A DNA stretch of 63,950 nucleotides, filler included, from an uncultured Methanoregulaceae archaeon (GTDB taxonomy: Archaea; Halobacteriota; Methanomicrobia; Methanomicrobiales; Methanospirillaceae): the NCBI GenBank assembly GCA_964530035.1. It is 3 parts of 3 records of this genome, joined end to end, with 100 filler letters (N's around TTAATTAATTAA, not from the genome) between each part and the next. Parts side by side here need not be neighbours in the genome. Positions count along the whole stretch, not along the records: positions 48,861 to 63,950 come from CAZGXZ010000046.1; 2 more parts are not named here. One strand, given 5' to 3'. Shown in pieces: positions 57,541 to 63,950 of this stretch (its first letter is position 1; the number at the start of each line of letters is the position of its first letter). The position numbers and the translations under genes are program-made. Under the pieces are notes generated by a model that was not told the origin of the DNA, did not search any database, and was given only the letters and a program-made list of their open reading frames with translations.

Positions 57541-60093
57541 TTATATGCCTGCTTTTTTCCTTCGGCGGCGTCTTTTCTTTCTGAAAACCGGACCGCTGTC
57601 CCTGACCGATACGGTGACCAGGGAATGTTTGCGAACTACCGCTGCCTCCTCCCGGGTCAGGCCGTACAGCCTGAGGAAATGGTCATCCGGCCCGCAAGGG
57701 AGCTGCCTGTTTCCGCAGTCTCCGCCGACTTCCTCCGTTTCAGGTCCACAGGGGGCAGGAGTCACCCGTTTCCGGGATGCCAGGACTGCATCATACAAGG
57801 CCCTCTCAGAAGGGTCGAACAGGTCCGGTACTCTGACAGGAACACCAGCTATCACCCCGGCGAGGTCTCTATGGAGGAGCGGATGGGTTGAGATATAAAA
57901 AGAGGCAAGGGATGATTCGAGAAAACGGATGAGATAACGGTCCCTCCCCGGTATCCTGACGGTCATCCGCAGGTCTCTTCCGTGAGAACCGTGCAGGCCG
58001 TGGATATCTGCCAGGGTGAACGGGTCGGGACTGTGGTGCCTTGCAGGGACCCGGATAGCTGGCGCAGCCGTCGGTTCTCTTCCGGAAGTTCGGGCCTCAT
58101 CATCAGGACGTGTACAGGGAGGACGGCCGTTCCCGGTCATTCCCTGAGTGGTGCAAACGATGACCTCGCCCATGCAGTACTCGCCGAGGGGTGTTCCTGC
58201 CTCCTCCATTCTTCTTCTCAGGTGGGACACACTGCGGTCTTCGAAATTCCAGTATGCGGCTTCACGACCGGGATGAGCGGATACGCCTTCATGCACTTTC
58301 ACCCAGGAATCCTTACGGTACCGGTAACGGGAATGCCGAATATACGCACCGGGTGGCCCTTTATGAAGGACCATGCCCACGGTGTCTCCCTGTACCCCTG
58401 GAGCGTGCCCGGATTCAAACGAATCCAGCCTCATGACGTTGAACCGTGAAAACAGGGACCTGATTTGCCTGCCATATGCTGAAAAAAGCCAGCCAGCGGG
58501 AGAAAGTGAATAGAGGTGTCCACCCGGGGCGGTTTTTTCCAGGGCCTCCTCGGCAAGGTACTGGAAAAACCCCGCTCCCTTCTGATAGACAGCCGAGTTT
58601 TCCTCGAGGAACGCACGGTCCCGACCTTTCATGTGTGACCGTCCGGCACCAGAAGTGACGAGGACCGATGAAAATCCTTCCGCGGTTTCCGGTTGAACAA
58701 ACAGTTCGGATATCGAAGGTGGAGGAGTTTCGTGGGATTCTCCCGGAAACGAAGCCCAATGCCGGTCCCACCAGGAACGGGTGACAAATGGGGAACTGAG
58801 CCTCATGGTGCCGGCACCCCCGGCTCCAGCCTCGTTCCCGGGTATTGATTGATCCCCATACGCCATTTCGAGGGTTGCAAGGAAGGCCCGGCATGCGAGC
58901 ACCGTGCACAGGTCAGGCGATGCCAGGAAGATACGGCCCAGGGAGGACCTGATAACGGTTTCCAATGTATCTGATGATGGAGGTTTCCGGGGGCCGGGCA
59001 GCCCCCCGGTCCCGGAGAAGCCGTGCGTGGCTGCCAGACGATCCTGTGCCACCAGGCACCAGGCTATCAGTGGCGCCAGCGTTCCCGGGCCCTCTGCTAT
59101 CTCCAGGAACCTTGATCTGCGGTCTGAAGCAAGATGCCGGACTATCTCACGGACGTAGTCATCGACAACCGGTACATCCAGGACCGATCGGCGGATATTT
59201 CCAGCATCAGCCGGTAACTGGAAATAACCCGGTCCTCCCCTGAGCCCTGTGCAGAACCAGTTGAGCGCCCGGAAAACGGTGAACTGGGGCAGGGGATGCA
59301 GGACGAAGGTACCCGCCTGGTCCAGGGCCGCCACCTCCTCCCAAAAGGTCCTTTCCGGAAGACAAAGTGTGCTGATATCACAGTACCAGGGGTCCGTTTC
59401 TTCCAGAAATTTTCTCATATACCAGGAGGGACCTGTTTCGACTCCGTTTCGCTCCGCGCCCGGACATGATGCCGTCCTCATCAGGAGGGCCAGGGTCATG
59501 CACATGGACGCCACAGAGAGCCGCAGATCGGTCTCACCAGGATTTTCTGCCAGTATTGCCCTTCGGAATGTTTTTTCAGCCAGGACAAGCCGTTCTGCCA
59601 GCTTTATTGCCGGTGCTTCTTCTGAACCCCTGTCACCGGCGGGGTGCTGCACGAGAGCTCTCAATGGTTCCGGGACACCCAGACGGCCCTGGAAAGACCT
59701 GTCGAAGGGATGCCCTTCCATTATGACATCCTTCCACCCGCACCCGATCACTCCGGGGCTGCCCACGGCACCAGCATCCCCCGGGACATTTCCTGTGCGG
59801 ACCACCAGGGCCCGGGAGGGATAGACGAGGTACACTCCGGGAACTCCATAACTCCACCCCGTCCTGCTGGCATCAGTACACTCCCGGCCTGTGCCCGGGC
59901 TTCCGGTATCCTCAGCCGCCATATATAGGACGACCCCGGGGTGTACCGGGCATATGTCGCTAAAACCGGTCACAATAAGGTTATCCCCGGAACGTCCCGC
60001 CCCAGGCGGACCTGCTACCGGCATGGCGTCCATGTAGGAAAAGCCGCTTGAGGCAAGGACCCTCGCCGCCCGGGTGTACAGGGTGGTATTCAT
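57541..60093 (-). CDS. Degenerate type IIG (Eco57I/TaqI-like) restriction-modification-related protein
   Basis: Strong SD GGAGGTGA before ATG 60093. Residual N6-MTase/TRD pattern: YLAEEALEKTAPGGHLYSLSPAGWLFSAYGRQIR, YLIRFLESSL, LYGLTREE. Motifs I and IV are altered. Confidence 0.65.
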   Translation of the reverse strand: MNTTLYTRAARVLASSGFSYMDAMPVAGPPGAGRSGDNLIVTGFSDICPVHPGVVLYMAAEDTGSPGTGRECTDASRTGWSYGVPGVYLVYPSRALVVRTGNVPGDAGAVGSPGVIGCGWKDVIMEGHPFDRSFQGRLGVPEPLRALVQHPAGDRGSEEAPAIKLAERLVLAEKTFRRAILAENPGETDLRLSVASMCMTLALLMRTASCPGAERNGVETGPSWYMRKFLEETDPWYCDISTLCLPERTFWEEVAALDQAGTFVLHPLPQFTVFRALNWFCTGLRGGPGYFQLPADAGNIRRSVLDVPVVDDYVREIVRHLASDRRSRFLEIAEGPGTLAPLIAWCLVAQDRLAATHGFSGTGGLPGPRKPPSSDTLETVIRSSLGRIFLASPDLCTVLACRAFLATLEMAYGDQSIPGNEAGAGGAGTMRLSSPFVTRSWWDRHWASFPGESHETPPPSISELFVQPETAEGFSSVLVTSGAGRSHMKGRDRAFLEENSAVYQKGAGFFQYLAEEALEKTAPGGHLYSLSPAGWLFSAYGRQIRSLFSRFNVMRLDSFESGHAPGVQGDTVGMVLHKGPPGAYIRHSRYRYRKDSWVKVHEGVSAHPGREAAYWNFEDRSVSHLRRRMEEAGTPLGEYCMGEVIVCTTQGMTGNGRPPCTRPDDEARTSGREPTAAPAIRVPARHHSPDPFTLADIHGLHGSHGRDLRMTVRIPGRDRYLIRFLESSLASFYISTHPLLHRDLAGVIAGVPVRVPDLFDPSERALYDAVLASRKRVTPAPCGPETEEVGGDCGNRQLPCGPDDHFLRLYGLTREEAAVVRKHSLVTVSVRDSGPVFRKKRRRRRKKAGI

Positions 60094-60768
60094 GGAGGCG
60101 TCACCTCCCCTTTCAGGCCTCTTGATATCGGCCCGGTTGGCCAGGTCATCGTTTTCGCCACGTGACTCCATGGAGTATGCAAAGATCCGTAGGCAATCAC
60201 GCCACAAAAACCTTTAACCAGGCAACCCGGGGTGAAAGCAGATAATTGGTTGGTTGCCATGGTTTGCTCCTTATCGCCGGTTCCTAAGTATGTACCGGTG
60301 ACATCGCCACCAGGGGAAAGATGACGCTGTAGGGATAGTCCTGTACTGATGATTCTTAAAACACCCTCCCCTCCACAAAGTTAAGCTATTCTGTTGATCT
60401 TTCCAGATACAATCCCGCCTCACAGGGATGGTACCGTGACTTTCAGGACGGGCAATAATCTTGTAAATACCTGGAATTTTTAAAAAATAATGATATTACA
60501 GGAATAAATAGCTCTTTTTTCAGGAGAGCCCCCCCTCAATGAATCACTGGAGAAGTGATATCCCAAATCGGCAATGATCGCAGGTTTTTTGCCACGGTTA
60601 AAATACATCTGTGCTTAACTTTTTCTTCTTTCTGGTACTTGTGCTTACCCCATCCCGGCAGGACAGCTACGCCCGGTGAAAGTAAATCAGAAGAGTTTAT
60701 CTACGTTTGTAATCTATTTTCTTTTAGTCGATTTTCGAATCGATAGACGCTGGTGCGTGATTAAAAAG

Positions 60769-61032
60769 ATGGCATTTGCAGTGCATGTAAACATGGAACA
60801 CTGTACCGGATGCAACAATTGTGTGGTCGCATGCCCGGTTGATGCACTCGAGCTCTACACGGTGGACCCGGCAACCAATGAGAAGATTTACAAGGTCCGT
60901 GCTGGGAAGTCCATTGTCCTCGATTTTAAGCAGGAGCTCTGTGCAGGGTGCGGGGTGTGTGTCGAAGCCTGTCCACACGGTGTTATCAGACTGTCCGGCA
61001 AGGGTGTGGCTGCTCCGCAGGCAAAGGTATGA
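60769..61032 (+). CDS. fwdG: 2[4Fe-4S] ferredoxin-like subunit (FwdG/FmdG-like)
   Basis: CTGCNNCVVACP and CAGCGVCVEACP; directly upstream of the polyferredoxin. Confidence 0.8.
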   Translation: MAFAVHVNMEHCTGCNNCVVACPVDALELYTVDPATNEKIYKVRAGKSIVLDFKQELCAGCGVCVEACPHGVIRLSGKGVAAPQAKV

Positions 61033-61075
61033 GCATGAGGTTTTGCGGAAAATAGGTGAGATGTGAGGATACTGC

Positions 61076-62239
61076 ATGACAACACTGTTTCCAAAATTTT
61101 CAAAGAAGCGTGATGGCGTCAACGTCATCATGGAACAGCGGCTCCTTCAACAGGTAAACAACCTTATCCTGAACTCTGAAACCTGTACAGGGTGCGGGAT
61201 CTGCGTTGATGCCTGTCCTGAAGAAGCTATTTCACTGGGTCTCGTGGGTGCAATCCGCAGGGGTGCTCTCAAGGAGACGGCGCCGATCGACATTGACGAG
61301 CAGAAGTGCAGCTACTGTGGTGTCTGTGTCATCATGTGCCCCTTCAACGCCCTGTCCCTCAAGGTCGACGGCGAAGAGCGGCTCCCCATCCTCGAAAAGG
61401 AAGGATTCCCCCAGTATGACATGATAGCGGACATCGACGATGAAAAGTGCACCCGCTGCACCATATGCGAGGAGGTCTGCCCAAGGGACGCAATAGACAG
61501 GGATGTCCCCGCGTTCGAGGGAGCGGTTGAGGATGGCAAGGAACGCCAGCTCGCCCTGAAGAGCAAGACCACCTTCAAGGTCGACGATGAAAAGTGCACC
61601 CTCTGTGGACTCTGCGGTGCCATCTGCCCGGCTATCGAGGTCAGGCACAAGGCATTCACCGCGGAAACCGGCAAGGTTGAAGGCGAGGTCATCTGGGATG
61701 AAACGAAATGCGATGCCTGCAAGGTCTGTGTCGAGGTGTGTCCCGTCGAGTGCATAACCGTCGAAAGGGAGATCGTCTCCGACAAGATGGACGGGTGCGT
61801 CGATATCGACCAGAAGACCTGCTGCACCTGCACGTGGTGCTCCAGGAACTGTCCGTCCGAGGCTATCACCGTCGAGAAGATCTTCGAAGGCGACATCGAG
61901 TTCCACTCTGAAAAGTGCCCCGGCGGATGTTCCACCTGTGCGGATATCTGTCCCTGCAATGCAATTTACCTGCCGACCCCGAAGCCCGCCCATGATATGA
62001 AGGGTGTGGTGGAGCCGACCATCGCGGTAAACAAGGACTACTGCATGCTCTGTGGTGCCTGCGTGAACGCCTGCCCCGGAGAGGACATCATCGTGCTCAG
62101 GAGGACGGGTGTCAGGGTCAAGGGGACCGAGACCGACCTCTTCAAGAAGATCAAGGAAAAGCTCTGCACTCCAAGGACTTCCAAGGTCAAGGAAGAGGTC
62201 AAGGGTGAAGTGAACATCAAGCTGCTCGGTAACGCGTGA
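61076..62239 (+). CDS. fwdF: Polyferredoxin (FwdF/FmdF)
   Basis: Eight CxxCxxCxxxCP-type motifs; precedes hdrCBA. Confidence 0.85.
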   Translation: MTTLFPKFSKKRDGVNVIMEQRLLQQVNNLILNSETCTGCGICVDACPEEAISLGLVGAIRRGALKETAPIDIDEQKCSYCGVCVIMCPFNALSLKVDGEERLPILEKEGFPQYDMIADIDDEKCTRCTICEEVCPRDAIDRDVPAFEGAVEDGKERQLALKSKTTFKVDDEKCTLCGLCGAICPAIEVRHKAFTAETGKVEGEVIWDETKCDACKVCVEVCPVECITVEREIVSDKMDGCVDIDQKTCCTCTWCSRNCPSEAITVEKIFEGDIEFHSEKCPGGCSTCADICPCNAIYLPTPKPAHDMKGVVEPTIAVNKDYCMLCGACVNACPGEDIIVLRRTGVRVKGTETDLFKKIKEKLCTPRTSKVKEEVKGEVNIKLLGNA

Positions 62240-62252
62240 GGGCTGAAGAACC

Positions 62253-62834
62253 ATGCCACGAGTAAAAGGATACCCGGAAGCACTCGAACAGAAACTCAAG
62301 GATCGGTACTACTACCCGAACGAGTCAAACCCTGATTTCACCAAGACCGTTCGGGAAATATCAAGGACCATCGCCCACATGTGCTATCAGTGTGGGACAT
62401 GCACCGCATCGTGCCCGTCTGCACCACGGAGCTCCTACCGGATACGAAAATTTGTCCGAAGGGGGGTCCTCGGGCTTGAAGAAGAAGCCCTGACTGACCC
62501 CGACCTCTGGCTCTGCACAACCTGCTACAGCTGCACGGACAGGTGCCCCCGTGACATCGCACCAACGGATATCATCATGGCGATGCGAAACCTCGCATTC
62601 AAGCGCGATATTATCCCTGTCAATTTCCTCAAGACAGTCCAGGCGATCTACAAGACCGGCCACGGTGTACCAAACAACGATGTAAACGCCGCGGCACGTG
62701 TCAAACTCGGGATGACGGCCCAGCCGCCGACGACCCATATGTACCCCGAGTACATTCCAGGCATTCAGAAGATCCTCGACTATTACAAGTTGAAGGAGAA
62801 CGCCGATCGAATCGTGAAACAGGCTGAGGGGTGA
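62253..62834 (+). CDS. hdrC: Heterodisulfide reductase subunit C
   Basis: CYQCGTCTASCPS, LWLCTTCYSCTDRCPR, TGHGVP. Confidence 0.95.
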   Translation: MPRVKGYPEALEQKLKDRYYYPNESNPDFTKTVREISRTIAHMCYQCGTCTASCPSAPRSSYRIRKFVRRGVLGLEEEALTDPDLWLCTTCYSCTDRCPRDIAPTDIIMAMRNLAFKRDIIPVNFLKTVQAIYKTGHGVPNNDVNAAARVKLGMTAQPPTTHMYPEYIPGIQKILDYYKLKENADRIVKQAEG

Positions 62835-62843
62835 ATACTATCC

Positions 62844-63743
62844 ATGGAATCTAAGCACGAATACGCATTTTATCTCGGGTGCATCGCACCGAACCGGTAC
62901 CCCGGCTGCGAAGCGGCATCGATACGGACGGCGAAAAAACTGGGAATAGATCTCCTGCCCCTCAAGGGTGCAAGCTGCTGTCCGGCTCCCGGTGCCTTCG
63001 GGTCAATCGACCTGAATGTCTGGTATGCCATGGCCGCAAGGAACCTCGTCCTTGCGGAGCAGATGGGCAAGGACATCGCCCTCATCTGCAACGGCTGCTA
63101 CAAGTCGATCTGGGAGGTCAACCACAAGTTAAAGCATGATGAAAAGCTCCGGAGCCAGGTCAATACGGTCCTCAAAGAGATCGACATGGAGTACAAGGGT
63201 TCCATAGAGGTCTACCACCTTGCAGAACTCCTCTATGACCCTGAGATCTGTGGGATTGATAAGATCAGGGAGAGCGTGACCAACCCCCTCACGGGTGCCC
63301 GCATAGCGGTCCACTACGGCTGCCACCTCATGAAGCCCAGGAAGGAACGCCACTTCGGCACGACCGAGGACCCCCATTGGATTGAAGAAATGGTCGAGGC
63401 CCTTGGCGCTGAACCCGTCGAGTACAGGAATAAGATGCTGTGCTGCGGCGCAGGCGGAGGTGTGCGGGGATATGACCTTGTCCACTCGCTTGATATCACC
63501 AACGAGAAGCTGATCAACCTCCAGGAAGTCAAGGTGGATGCCCTTACCGATGTCTGCCCCTTCTGCCAGCTGCAGTTCGACCGCGGTCAGATCGAAATCG
63601 AGGAGAAGTTCGGTGTGAAATACAACCTGCCCGTGCTGCATTACTGCGAGCTGCTTGGCCTTGCACAGGGGATGAGCCCACAGGAACTGGCGCTCGACCT
63701 GCATGGCATCAGCTGTGAACCATTCCTCGAGAAGGTCCTGTAA
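62844..63743 (+). CDS. hdrB: Heterodisulfide reductase subunit B
   Basis: SCCPAPG, CNGC, HYGCH, CCGAGGG, CPFCQLQFD. Confidence 0.96.
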   Translation: MESKHEYAFYLGCIAPNRYPGCEAASIRTAKKLGIDLLPLKGASCCPAPGAFGSIDLNVWYAMAARNLVLAEQMGKDIALICNGCYKSIWEVNHKLKHDEKLRSQVNTVLKEIDMEYKGSIEVYHLAELLYDPEICGIDKIRESVTNPLTGARIAVHYGCHLMKPRKERHFGTTEDPHWIEEMVEALGAEPVEYRNKMLCCGAGGGVRGYDLVHSLDITNEKLINLQEVKVDALTDVCPFCQLQFDRGQIEIEEKFGVKYNLPVLHYCELLGLAQGMSPQELALDLHGISCEPFLEKVL

Positions 63744-63761
63744 TACTGATGGAGGATAACC

Positions 63762-63950
63762 ATGGCTGAATCCAAGAAGACTGAAGCTAAGAAAGAAGCC
63801 CGTGTTGGTGTGTTTATCTGCCACTGCGGTACGAACATCGCTGGTTCCATGAGCATCGAGGAGGTCCAGAAATACGCTGGCGAACTTCCGGATGTTGCCT
63901 ATGTCGATAACTACCAGTACATGTGCTCCACCCCGGGCCAGAAGAAGATA
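63762..63950 (+). CDS. hdrA: Heterodisulfide reductase subunit A (5' part only)
   Basis: SD GGAGG; MAESKK...RVGVFICHCGTNIAG...YQYMCSTPGQKKI, open to the window end. Confidence 0.93.
   Translation, partial: MAESKKTEAKKEARVGVFICHCGTNIAGSMSIEEVQKYAGELPDVAYVDNYQYMCSTPGQKKI

Noticed and set aside
61232..62299. 355-aa minus-strand ORF
   Set aside because: Antisense shadow of fwdF.
1..63950. CRISPR arrays, tRNA/rRNA genes, transposases, integrases
   Set aside because: None recognised on reading the intergenic regions and ORFs; a covariance-model scan would be needed to exclude small RNAs.

Overview
Archaeal housekeeping DNA from a hydrogenotrophic methanogen, most likely Methanomicrobiales (Methanoregulaceae/Methanolinea-like; inferred from gene content, not from a search). 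Three contigs are joined by artificial 100-nt N/TTAATTAATTAA spacers (24520-24619, 48761-48860). Contig 1: archaeosine genes (arcS, tgtA), AMMECR1, RNase P RNA, tpiA, a U32/RlhA-like hydroxylase, a nearly complete aromatic amino acid (DKFP/shikimate) cluster, mbf1, two PAN ATPases, mscL and slyD. Contig 2: a surface glycosylation locus, an EF-Tu/SelB-like protein, lemA-DUF2207, ygiQ, queC, surface proteins and the MCR-activation cluster (atwA, markers 3, 6, 5, 15, 17, 7). Contig 3: a tightly coupled operon (two Mmp11/TiaS-like proteins, radical SAM, TPP enzyme, aksA, aksD, aksE, unknown), ftr, a degenerate type IIG restriction-modification-like protein and fwdG-fwdF-hdrCBA. Best leads: (1) the aks operon may encode the uncharacterised late steps of coenzyme B biosynthesis; (2) a Phe/Tyr-rich upstream ORF plus an RBS-sequestering hairpin ahead of the aro operon looks like ribosome-mediated attenuation in an archaeon; (3) an intact but catalytically degenerate R-M-like gene. 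No tRNA, rRNA, CRISPR array or mobile element was recognised. Several starts were moved from the ORF track to more plausible codons.
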